This document shows positions 10,882 to 19,432 of a stretch of 32,000 bases of DNA, in pieces. The number at the start of each line of letters is the position of its first letter. Positions within the stretch are counted from its first letter, which is position 1. The translations under genes were made by a program, and so were the position numbers. The stretch comes from Nitrosospira multiformis ATCC 25196 (GTDB taxonomy: Bacteria; Pseudomonadota; Gammaproteobacteria; Burkholderiales; Nitrosomonadaceae), in the NCBI RefSeq assembly GCF_000196355.1, contig NC_007614.1, forward strand, positions 2,280,001 to 2,312,000. The letters are read 5' to 3'. Below the pieces are notes generated by a model. That model did not search any database. It saw only the letters and a program-made list of their open reading frames with translations, and was not told where the DNA came from.

Positions 10882-11793
10882 TCACCCTGTCCAGCCAGCG
10901 ATCTCGAGCAACAGCAGCAGGACGAGCCATAGCACCAGGGTACGCCAGATGAGGCCGACGGTGCCCTGCAGAAAATCCATGTCGGCTTCTTCACCCACGC
11001 CTACCTCGGGGCGGTGATATGCGCCGGTCTCTTCCCGCAACGGATCTCCCAGGCGCACGCCAAGCGCACCTGCGCCACTGGCAAGAATGGTTCCCTGGTT
11101 CTGATCCCCCCATGATGCCGCCTGCGCGCGCCAGCAATAAACCGCATCCTCGAAGTTGCCTGCAATGGCAAAGCTCAGCGCTGTTATCCTCGCGGGTAGC
11201 CAATCGATGACGTAAAACGCCTTTACCGCAAAAACACCAAAACCATCCGGGCGCTCCCCCCAGGCGTCATTCAACAATTCCGCAAGACGGTAGAGCATGG
11301 GCCCGAGCGGCCCCGGCAGCAAGGTGAACCAAACGATGACGCCAAGCATGTTACGATGAGCATGGATCAACCCCAACTCGATGGCAATCCGCGAAATATC
11401 CTCACTGCTGGCACTCTCCGCCTCCATCCCGTAGTATTCCTTCAAGAGATCGCGTGCAAGCGGCAAATCTTCGTTCCTGAGCGCCTCCTTTATTTCAGTC
11501 AGGGAATAGCTGAACTGGCGAAAACTCGTGGTGAGATAAAGTATTGCCACATTCCACGCCCACGCCAGCAGCGGACTGGCTCCATATAATAAATAATAAA
11601 CCAGGAGGGAGAGTATAAGGAAAGGTCCTGCCGCGGCCACCCAGGCAATGATGCCGTGCCGATGGATGCCGGTGTTGAAATGACCCTCCAGCGAATCGGC
11701 ATAGGAGAGGAAAGAGGAGACAATATGTTTGCGCGCACTGCCGGAGCGCCACTGATCCAGCAGAAGAGCGAAAATCAACGAAAGAAAATTCAT
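10882..11793 (-). CDS. CobD/CbiB-like (AmpE-like) membrane protein
   Basis: MNFLSLIFALLLDQWR, RIAIELGLIHAHRNMLGVIVWFTLLPGPLGPMLYRL; several hydrophobic segments. Confidence 0.8.
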   Translation of the reverse strand: MNFLSLIFALLLDQWRSGSARKHIVSSFLSYADSLEGHFNTGIHRHGIIAWVAAAGPFLILSLLVYYLLYGASPLLAWAWNVAILYLTTSFRQFSYSLTEIKEALRNEDLPLARDLLKEYYGMEAESASSEDISRIAIELGLIHAHRNMLGVIVWFTLLPGPLGPMLYRLAELLNDAWGERPDGFGVFAVKAFYVIDWLPARITALSFAIAGNFEDAVYCWRAQAASWGDQNQGTILASGAGALGVRLGDPLREETGAYHRPEVGVGEEADMDFLQGTVGLIWRTLVLWLVLLLLLEIAGWTG

Positions 11794-11846
11794 TGCGAGA
11801 AAATCATGCTGCTTTCCTTCAAAGCAGTTTCAGGGATAAGCATTAT

Positions 11847-12725
11847 TCAACCCAATGCGGACTTGAGAACCTTGCCCATCTCAGCGGGATTTCGCGCGAC
11901 TTTGATTCCGCATTCTTCCAGGACCGCAAGCTTTTCCTGAGCGGTTCCGCGACCGCCCGAAATAACGGCGCCGGCGTGGCCCATGCGCCTGCCCGGAGGG
12001 GCTGTCAAGCCTGCGATATATCCTACCACTGGTTTACGCATATTCTCCTTGACCCAGCGAGCGCAATCCTCCTCGTCGGTACCGCCGATTTCCCCCACCA
12101 TTAAAACAGCGTCGGTTTCATCATCTTCGTTGAACAGCTTCATCACATCCCGATGCCTCAAGCCATTCACCGGGTCGCCGCCGATACCGATGCAGGTGGA
12201 TTGACCCAATTCCTGCTCCATCAATTGCGCCACCGCTTCGTAAGTGAGTGTCCCGGAACGGGAAACCACCCCGATGCGTCCCTTTCGATGAATGTAACCG
12301 GGCATGATGCCAATCTTGATCTCGTCGGGCGTAATGATGCCGGGACAATTCGGTCCTACCAGCCGCGTTTTTTTTCCTTCCATCCTGTGGCAGGTACGTA
12401 TCATATCGCGCACAGGGATACCTTCGGTAATACAGATTACCAGATCCAGTTCCGCATCCACCGCTTCATCGATTGCGGCAGCGGCAAACGGTGGCGGCAC
12501 ATAGATTACAGAAACGGCGGCTCCTGTTGCCTGCTTTGCTTCCTCTACGGTGCCGAAAATCGGGATGCCATCAAAATCCTCGCCCCCTTTCTTCGGATTG
12601 ACTCCGGCAACAAAGCATTCTTTTCCATAAGCATAATCCCGACACATCCGCGTGTGGAATTGCCCGGTCTTGCCGGTAATCCCCTGCGTCATGATACGAG
12701 TGTTACGGTCGATCAGGATCGCCAT
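11847..12725 (-). CDS. sucD: Succinate-CoA ligase, ADP-forming, alpha subunit
   Basis: MAILIDRNTRIMTQGITGKTGQFHTR and GRRMGHAGAVISGG. Start at 12725 chosen over the longer ORF, which overlaps sucC. Confidence 0.97.
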   Translation of the reverse strand: MAILIDRNTRIMTQGITGKTGQFHTRMCRDYAYGKECFVAGVNPKKGGEDFDGIPIFGTVEEAKQATGAAVSVIYVPPPFAAAAIDEAVDAELDLVICITEGIPVRDMIRTCHRMEGKKTRLVGPNCPGIITPDEIKIGIMPGYIHRKGRIGVVSRSGTLTYEAVAQLMEQELGQSTCIGIGGDPVNGLRHRDVMKLFNEDDETDAVLMVGEIGGTDEEDCARWVKENMRKPVVGYIAGLTAPPGRRMGHAGAVISGGRGTAQEKLAVLEECGIKVARNPAEMGKVLKSALG

Positions 12726-12753
12726 ACTGATTTCCCTCGTTTGCCGATTCTGT

Positions 12754-13950
12754 TCACGACCCTGTGGCCGGCATGGCGGCCGAGGTGGCTGATGCGGCTG
12801 CGGTAACGGCCTTTTCCGCGGCATCCGCCATATTCGCGGCTGAAATGATGGCAAGACCTGATTCGGTCAGGATCTTTTTCCCGATCTCCGCATTCGTGCC
12901 TTCGAGACGAACCACCAGGGGAACATTCAACCTTACTTCACGCGCTGCTGCCACTACTCCCTCTGCAATGACATCACATTTCATGATGCCCCCGAATATA
13001 TTGATCAGTATGGCTTGCAGTCTTGGATTGCGCAGCATCAGTTTGAAGGCTTCCATGACTTTTTCAGTGGTTGCGCCTCCTCCCACGTCGAGAAAATTGG
13101 CCGGATTTCCTCCGTAGAACTTGATGATATCCATGGTAGCCATTGCAAGACCGGCTCCATTTACCAGGCAACCTATGTTGCCATCGAGCGAGATGTAGGA
13201 AAGACCGTATCTGGACGCCTCGATCTCTGCCGCATCTTCTTCGTCAAGATCACGCAAGTCGGCGATATCGGGGTGCCGGAAAAGCGCGTTATCGTCAAAA
13301 TTCATCTTCGCATCGAGCGCGACAATGCGATTTTCGCCGGTGAGTATCAGCGGATTGATTTCGACGAGCGATGCGTCCGTGCTGTCGTAAGCGCGGTATA
13401 GATTCTGCAACAGTGCAGCCGTTTCCGCCACTGCCGCACCGGAAAAGCCGATCCTGCTCGTGATATCTTCCGCTTCCGTAGCGGTCAGTCCCGCCCCCGG
13501 ATCGATATACACTTTGTGGATCTTTTCCGGATAATCGGCAGCGACCCGCTCGATATCCATCCCCCCTTCGGCACTCGCCATCAGGCAGACACGGCGGCGG
13601 CCCCGATCCACCACCAGTCCAATGTAGAACTCCTTCCTGATATCGAGACCCTGTTCGACCAGCAGCCGTCGTACGATCTGACCCTGCGAACCCGTCTGTG
13701 GCGTGACGAGCGTCATGCCGAGTATTTTTTCGGCAAATTGTTTCACCTCGTCAAGCGATCTGGCGATCTTCACCCCGCCACCCTTCCCGCGTCCCCCTGC
13801 ATGGATTTGGGCCTTGACCACCCATGTGCTTCCACCCAGTTTTTTAGCGGTTGCCACCGCTTCATCCACGTTGAAGCAGGAATGCCCTCGAGGTATGGGT
13901 ATACCAAACTGATGCAGGATATGTTTGGCCTGGTATTCATGGATTTTCAT
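12754..13950 (-). CDS. sucC: Succinate-CoA ligase, ADP-forming, beta subunit
   Basis: [62 protein letters not shown]. Confidence 0.97.
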   Translation of the reverse strand: MKIHEYQAKHILHQFGIPIPRGHSCFNVDEAVATAKKLGGSTWVVKAQIHAGGRGKGGGVKIARSLDEVKQFAEKILGMTLVTPQTGSQGQIVRRLLVEQGLDIRKEFYIGLVVDRGRRRVCLMASAEGGMDIERVAADYPEKIHKVYIDPGAGLTATEAEDITSRIGFSGAAVAETAALLQNLYRAYDSTDASLVEINPLILTGENRIVALDAKMNFDDNALFRHPDIADLRDLDEEDAAEIEASRYGLSYISLDGNIGCLVNGAGLAMATMDIIKFYGGNPANFLDVGGGATTEKVMEAFKLMLRNPRLQAILINIFGGIMKCDVIAEGVVAAAREVRLNVPLVVRLEGTNAEIGKKILTESGLAIISAANMADAAEKAVTAAASATSAAMPATGS

Positions 13951-14134
13951 GATACCTCCAACGACGTGAATAGGGAGTATAGCTCAATAGTTGTATTGGC
14001 GTTACGGGGAGAGGAAGAGAGGTCGAACATCCTGCTTCCTCCCCGTCGAGCGGCAGCTGCCCCTCTGGATTACTGATACAACTGACAATTGCTAATGCCA
14101 GCAATTCCCGATAACTGCCGCCTTCAACCGCAAT

Positions 14135-14950
14135 CTACGCATCCTCTACTTCACAGAGAATCACGGTGACATTGTCTTTTCCCCCAGCTTCCAAAGCTGC
14201 CGAGATCAGTCTCTCCACTTTTTGCTCAAGAGGTTCCGCGGAAGCGAGCACAATTTCGATATCCGCGTTCCCCACCATGTCGGTCAATCCATCCGAACAC
14301 AATAAAAAAATATCGCTGCCGAGCACCGCCCCTTGCACGATATCGCATGCTATTGCCGAATCGGTTCCCACGGCGCGCAGGAGAATGTTTTTTCGGAAGT
14401 GATGCTTTGCCTCCTGGGGCGTGAGCATGCCTCTATCCACCTGTGACTGTACCAGCGAATGATCTTTAGTCAACTGCTGCAGTCTTCCGTCGCGCAGCAG
14501 ATAAACTCTGCTATCCCCCACGTGGCCGATAATATACCGCTCGCCGTCGAACACGAGAAGATCTGCTGTGCATCCCATTCCTGTATCGGCCGGGTGCTGG
14601 ATGATGTGTTCGAGGATGCGCGCATTTGCCCGCTCGAATACATGCTGAATGCGCTCAGAAACGCTCTCTTTCCGAGGCGAAGCCAGTTCGGAAAATGCGA
14701 TTCGCACCATGTCGACAAAATGTTGACTGGCGACCTCGCCGGCCGCCGCGCCACCCATGCCATCTGCGAGTGCCAGGACGCGGGCCTGTGGTATGATCAG
14801 ATAACTATCCTCATTGTTATCCCGCCACAGGCCCACGTTGGTTGCACCAGCCGAGTGTAAGCTGATCAAGTTAGCTCCTTTGGCTTGGTCGCTCGATGTG
14901 TTCCCCCGTCTTGGCCACGACTCTCGGCCTGCAGCAGCATGTGGCTCCAA
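14135..14950 (-). CDS. PP2C-family serine/threonine phosphatase (Stp-type)
   Basis: NEDSYLIIPQARVLALADGMGGAAAGEVAS, VGHVGDSRVYLLRDG, LLCSDGLTDMV, GGKDNVTVILCEV. The start codon is uncertain; conserved homology begins about 30 residues in (SLHSAGATNVGLWRDNNEDS). Confidence 0.9.
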   Translation of the reverse strand: MEPHAAAGRESWPRRGNTSSDQAKGANLISLHSAGATNVGLWRDNNEDSYLIIPQARVLALADGMGGAAAGEVASQHFVDMVRIAFSELASPRKESVSERIQHVFERANARILEHIIQHPADTGMGCTADLLVFDGERYIIGHVGDSRVYLLRDGRLQQLTKDHSLVQSQVDRGMLTPQEAKHHFRKNILLRAVGTDSAIACDIVQGAVLGSDIFLLCSDGLTDMVGNADIEIVLASAEPLEQKVERLISAALEAGGKDNVTVILCEVEDA

Positions 14951-15048
14951 ATATCGGGGAGCATTGCAGGAAAAACATCCTGCTGCCCATACGAGCTTAG
15001 CGGTATTTGTATCCGCAATCTTTGTATCCGTTTATCTGGGAGAAAAGC

Positions 15049-16404
15049 ATGGGAAGGACCTTTTTACTGCTTACAGCCGTTTGCGCAACGTTCGGTTATT
15101 TATCCCCGGTCGCTGCCGAACAAGGCAGCAACAGCGGTGTCACCTACCGACCCGACGTTACCTTTACCCTTCGTACGGATATCGGCGAGGGTAAACTGGT
15201 ATTTGTCGGTGAATCAGGTACGATCGCGGGCAAAATCAACCCTGACCTGGAGGTAAACCCGGGCGCAGTGGTTCAGATCAATCTGGTCAACGGCGATGGT
15301 GCCATGCATGACATCGCCATTCCTGAGCTGGGCGCCAAATCGGATAATATCACAGCGAAAGGCGCTGCCACTTCGATGGTATTTCGTGCAGTCCGTACCG
15401 GCACCTTTGAGTACCTCTGCACACTGCCCGGGCACAAGGCCGCCGGCATGTTCGGCCGTCTCATTGTCGGCAAGCCGCCGGAGGAAGCGAAAGGATATGT
15501 AACCAACGTGGCCCAGGACCCGCGCGCCGTGGGAGAGCCGGTCGGAACGCGGGCTTCAAGGCATTTGACACTCAATCTCGAAGCAACCGAAATCGAAGGG
15601 CAACTTTCGGACAAGAAGCTCTATAAATACTGGACCTTCAATAACAGGGTGCCGGGACCCCTCCTGCGCGTGAAGGTAGGGGATACCATCACTATCAATC
15701 TGCATAATAGCGCAAGCAGTACCAACATCCATTCGATAGATTTCCATGCCGTAACAGGACCGGGTGGAGGTGCCGCGGTCACGCAGGCGGCACCGGGCGA
15801 GACAAAGAGCTTCACCTTCAAGTCGCTTCATCCTGGACTGTTCGTTTACCATTGTGCAACTCCCATGGTTGCGCATCATATTGCGAACGGCATGTATGGC
15901 ATGGTTCTGGTCGAGCCCGAGGGAGGTCTGCCCATGGCTGACAGGGAATTCTATGTAATGCAGGGTGAGCTCTACACCACCCACTCCCACAATGTGCGAG
16001 GTCTGCAGGAATTTTCGCTGGAAAATCTGCTCGCGGAGAATCCCCAGCACCTAGTGTTCAATGGCACCGTGGATGCGCTTACGAAAATGTACACCATGGA
16101 AGCGAACACGGGCGATAACGTGCGCATCTATTTTGGTGTGGGCGGTCCCAACCTCACCTCCAGCTTCCACATCATCGGGGAAGTCTTCGATAAGGTGTAC
16201 GACCAGGCTTCATTGACCAGTCCGCCATTGACAGATGTGCAAACGACGCTCGTTCCGCCAGGCGGTGCCACCATTGTGGAATTCAAGGTCGATTATCCCG
16301 GCCGCTATATTCTGGTTGATCACGCGCTGTCGCGTATGGAGAAAGGATTAGCAGGTTATCTCACGGTGCGTGGGAAGGCAAACGCGGAAATATTCAAGCC
16401 GTAA
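15049..16404 (+). CDS. nirK: Copper-containing nitrite reductase with an extra N-terminal cupredoxin domain
   Basis: Multicopper motifs HSIDFH, HPGLFVYHCATPMVAHHIANGMYGM and SSFHIIGEVFDKV. An additional N-terminal cupredoxin has MHDIAIPEL...FEYLCTLPGHKAAGMFG. Signal peptide starts at MGRTFLLLTAVCATFG (15049), not the upstream 15007 start. Confidence 0.93.
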   Translation: MGRTFLLLTAVCATFGYLSPVAAEQGSNSGVTYRPDVTFTLRTDIGEGKLVFVGESGTIAGKINPDLEVNPGAVVQINLVNGDGAMHDIAIPELGAKSDNITAKGAATSMVFRAVRTGTFEYLCTLPGHKAAGMFGRLIVGKPPEEAKGYVTNVAQDPRAVGEPVGTRASRHLTLNLEATEIEGQLSDKKLYKYWTFNNRVPGPLLRVKVGDTITINLHNSASSTNIHSIDFHAVTGPGGGAAVTQAAPGETKSFTFKSLHPGLFVYHCATPMVAHHIANGMYGMVLVEPEGGLPMADREFYVMQGELYTTHSHNVRGLQEFSLENLLAENPQHLVFNGTVDALTKMYTMEANTGDNVRIYFGVGGPNLTSSFHIIGEVFDKVYDQASLTSPPLTDVQTTLVPPGGATIVEFKVDYPGRYILVDHALSRMEKGLAGYLTVRGKANAEIFKP

Positions 16405-16417
16405 AGAATTGAAAAAA

Positions 16418-16454
16418 ATCAGAGGCGATTTCCCCGCAAACGATCGCCTCTGAT
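16418..16454. terminator. Bidirectional intrinsic terminator-like hairpin between convergent genes
   Basis: Perfect 12-bp inverted repeat ATCAGAGGCGAT (16418-16429) / ATCGCCTCTGAT (16443-16454), 13-nt loop, A-rich tract (GAAAAAAA) on the left flank. Confidence 0.85.
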
Positions 16455-16462
16455 CCTTTATA

Positions 16463-16732
16463 TCATTGGTGTGGCTGCTTATACGGTTTCTTGTTCATTA
16501 CCTCCTGATCTCTGTATTCCTGCTTCACTCCCTCCGGTAAATCCTTGGGCATCTTCTCCTTCATGATCTCAGAGGTTGAGCTGGGCGCGTTCTTGTCGAC
16601 ATTCTTCTTGCTCATGTCTTGATAAGATTTGTCCATTGCTCCCTTATCCGAATCATGCGATCCAGCGAGCACGCTGAAGCTGCAAACCGCCGTGAAGGAC
16701 GCCAGAACAACTATCGATGTGAGTTTATTCAT
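16463..16732 (-). CDS. Small secreted hypothetical protein
   Basis: 89 aa with a clear signal peptide (MNKLTSIVVLASFTAVCSFSVLAG) and a charged, low-complexity mature part; ends at the shared terminator. Confidence 0.7.
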   Translation of the reverse strand: MNKLTSIVVLASFTAVCSFSVLAGSHDSDKGAMDKSYQDMSKKNVDKNAPSSTSEIMKEKMPKDLPEGVKQEYRDQEVMNKKPYKQPHQ

Positions 16733-17142
16733 GTCGAACTCCTATAAGTAAATGGGTGGCAGAAATAATCAAGTTTCGGGTGACGAATACAGGTAATGCT
16801 TTCTAACATTGGATCCTCCAAGCGGGAGGCGGGCGAATGTTGACAGGCCTGCAATACGCTTGCAGGAACAATAGATATACTCTTTTCTCTGAAATCCTCA
16901 GTGCGCTAACGCACCCTCGGTTACAGGCTCGCTCAAAAGACCGGGAGCGAGAACGGTCAATCGGCAACAGCACCCAACAACACTCATAACGAAAACTGCG
17001 GGGAGTGTACCCATCTCTCCTCGGCATACCCCGTAGCCTTCAACGGGAAGATGTTGTACTTCCGTACGATGTACTTCAGGCCAATGGTAACGGGTCTTGA
17101 ACTCTGTAAGATGAAAGCGTGTTAACAGAGCAGGAGGAAAAA

Positions 17143-17373
17143 ATGAAGCTGAGCGATAGTGAAAAACTGATCCTATTAATGCTGAGTGAGGTCTTCCAAA
17201 AACTTAAGGTGGAGGGCAGTATTGACCCAGCGCTCGTGAAAAATGCCATTTCCCTGGATCACCCCTGGGCATTGAAATGGGAATACGACCGGGTTTCTGC
17301 GTTGTCGGGAAAAAATAACCTGGCAGAAAGCCAGGTAATCGATATCCTCAATATGTGGACTCTCATAGAGTAG
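17143..17373 (+). CDS. YfbU-like protein, apparently only the N-terminal half
   Basis: AGGAGG upstream of ATG at 17143. MKLSDSEKLILLMLSEVFQKLKVEGSIDPALVKNAI...WALKWEYD resembles YfbU-family N-termini; stops after DILNMWTLIE. Confidence 0.6.
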   Translation: MKLSDSEKLILLMLSEVFQKLKVEGSIDPALVKNAISLDHPWALKWEYDRVSALSGKNNLAESQVIDILNMWTLIE

Positions 17374-17691
17374 GATTTAAGCTTAGGGAAACATCGACTA
17401 TAAATCCACTGCTTTATCTTCTTGAGGCTTCAATTACACAAAACTCCTCACCCGGTTTTGGCGGCAAAAATCGTTATCAATCCCGCTGATCTTTGTCTGA
17501 ATTGGAATCTACATTTTTTACGAAAATTTTTGGGAATATAGGAACCTTTACTCTGAACCCGCATCAAATATCATGCGGACAGTTGTTTTTTTATGTCCGC
17601 ACGGGTAGATACTGGTGCCCTGGCATTATTTGCGGGTCATCAAGTTGATCGTATTTTTAGCATATCATCTTGATTCTGAAAGGGGGTTATC

Positions 17692-17775
17692 ATGGAAATG
17701 GCAATTCTCGTAGTAGGTATAGGTGCTGTTGCTGCCTGGTATTTCATGTCCAAGGAAGGACGGAGAGAAAAATAA
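17692..17775 (+). CDS. 27-aa putative single-pass membrane microprotein
   Basis: ATG preceded by AAAGGGGGTTATC. Encodes MEMAILVVGIGAVAAWYFMSKEGRREK*: one hydrophobic helix plus a basic tail. Confidence 0.5.
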   Translation: MEMAILVVGIGAVAAWYFMSKEGRREK

Positions 17776-17820
17776 TACTGATCCACAATACTAGAACTCA
17801 AAGTTCGCTCAAATCAATCG

Positions 17821-17855
17821 GCCGATGCTCAAGAAGCGAGAGCATCGGCTTCTTG
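17821..17855. terminator. Intrinsic terminator-like hairpin
   Basis: Perfect 10-bp inverted repeat GCCGATGCTC (17821-17830) / GAGCATCGGC (17840-17849) followed by TTCTTG. Confidence 0.65.
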
Positions 17856-18242
17856 TAACGAGGTTTCACAGTAAAATGAGAAGCTGTTTTGGAAAAGAGA
17901 GAAGGAATTGCAGCGAGGAGAGAAGGCTGTGAAGAAAAATCCCTCCATTCCGAAAATTTCACACCCAAGCTGACGCGCTCCAATTCAGGAAGCGTATTTT
18001 GACAGCACCTGTCTCCCAGTCACAAACTCCGCGCGCAACGCCCATCACATCGCATTGTTCAGTCATCATCGAGAGCGCCAATCTCAAACCCGAGGTGGCT
18101 AATATTAATTAGCCAGAACAAGGCTGTCAGCTCACGGAAAAGCGTCGCGAAAAAACGTCAATATTGAAATGAAATACCCTCACCAAACAGGCAGGGGGCA
18201 ACTGTAGAAGAGTGGCAGTACTTGAAAATGATAAATAACCGT

Positions 18243-18264
18243 AACCTGCTTCGGCGGGTTTTTT
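18243..18264 (+). terminator. Intrinsic terminator
   Basis: AACCTGC-TTCG-GCGGGTT followed by a T tract (TTTTTATT). Confidence 0.8.
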
Positions 18265-18334
18265 ATTGCTCCCGCATTCTTTCACCGGTTTTTTTCAGAT
18301 TGTGTTAATTATCTAACGGTAATATTTTATTCGC

Positions 18335-18427
18335 CTGGTTATACTTCCTACTCGTTTCCCTCCTCCCAAAAACAGGGAAACGAATCCAATGCAACTCCCC
18401 TAGCCCGGTTCACGCCGGGCTTTTTTT
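18335..18427 (+). ncRNA. Candidate small RNA with anti-Shine-Dalgarno (CCTCCTCCC) hairpin
   Basis: Promoter-like TTGTGT (18300-18305) - 17 nt - TATTTT (18323-18328). Perfect 8-bp hairpin CGTTTCCC (18353-18360) / GGGAAACG (18375-18382) with loop TCCTCCCAAAAACA, second C-rich patch ACTCCCCT, and terminator at 18402-18427. Confidence 0.5.
18402..18427 (+). terminator. Intrinsic terminator of the candidate sRNA
   Basis: AGCCCGG-TTCACG-CCGGGCT immediately followed by a T run. Confidence 0.88.
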
Positions 18428-18806
18428 GCAGTTTTAAAAGAGAATCAATCCCTGGAATAACACCACTGAAACGACTTTTATTCACAGATAAGATAATCAG
18501 CAAAAGGATAGTATTGGCATGTGGGACGATAACGTGACGCCATTATCTGACCCACCCCAAGCCCTTTGTCCTATAGGGCTTGGGTTTGCCCAACCTCCCC
18601 AATCCCCTCAATGGTTATCTGTATAACCATATATCCAGGATATACTTTTTTAATTGTTGCCAGAAATTCGCGCAACATTCAAATAGATATGCCCCTCGCA
18701 TCATTCTTATCCGTTGAAGAACCCGGACTTCCAGATGCACAGATTTACACGTAATATTGCACTGCTGCCACCAGGAAGTCCGATAAACGCAAAATTTCCT
18801 CCGGTC

Positions 18807-19202
18807 TCAATCGTAATCACTTTGGGAAGAACTTGATCCCCCTCCAGCAGAACTCCTTTGAGTTGATCCGGTTTGCGTCTTCCCTTGGGATATCCAGTAG
18901 TCGCTGGCAGCGTCCTTGCCGTATACATGAGCGCTGATGCCTTGCGCCTTCCAGTAGTCAGCTGTCTGGTCTTTGCCGTAAATGTAGTTGTCCTGTGCTT
19001 GTGCAGAGTTGTCTTGCTTTTTGGATTGCGCAGTCTTTGATTGACCTGCAGATTTCTGTTCCTTTTTAGACGAACCGGATGACGAACTGCCGCTGTCAGC
19101 GGAAGAATTCTTTTCAGCTTGAACTAACGTAGCGGCTCCAAACGCCATAGTCGCGATCAAAATTGACCGTATCAAATTTCTAAAAACGAAATCATATCTC
19201 AT
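18807..19202 (-). CDS. Hypothetical secreted Ser/Gln-rich protein with internal YGKD..DYW repeat
   Basis: Signal peptide-like SILIATMAFGAATLVQAEK, low-complexity S/K/Q linker, then IYGKDQTADYWKAQG and VYGKDAASDYWISQG. Confidence 0.7.
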   Translation of the reverse strand: MRYDFVFRNLIRSILIATMAFGAATLVQAEKNSSADSGSSSSGSSKKEQKSAGQSKTAQSKKQDNSAQAQDNYIYGKDQTADYWKAQGISAHVYGKDAASDYWISQGKTQTGSTQRSSAGGGSSSSQSDYD

Positions 19203-19233
19203 AATCTACCTCACTCTGTTTAGCCGAATCGGG

Positions 19234-19267
19234 AATTAAACCTACAGCTGAATTAAACCTACAGCTG
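19234..19267. repeat. Perfect 17-bp tandem duplication
   Basis: AATTAAACCTACAGCTG at 19234-19250 is repeated at 19251-19267. Confidence 0.95.
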
Positions 19268-19432
19268 TTTTTTGACTTATTCCGTACGGTACCGCACACG
19301 TTCGCTTCAAACAGGCCCGCTCACTTTCTGGTGGATGAAGATCGAAAAATTACGCATCATGCTCGAACTGCTCCACATTGCGGCATTGAGAGAACTGCAG
19401 TTGCCTTCCTATTCATCTTTGTCAATTACCTC

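Noticed and set aside
12153-12806. Plus-strand 217-aa ORF opposite sucD
   Set aside because: Antisense shadow of an unambiguous sucD; no recognisable domain on the plus strand.
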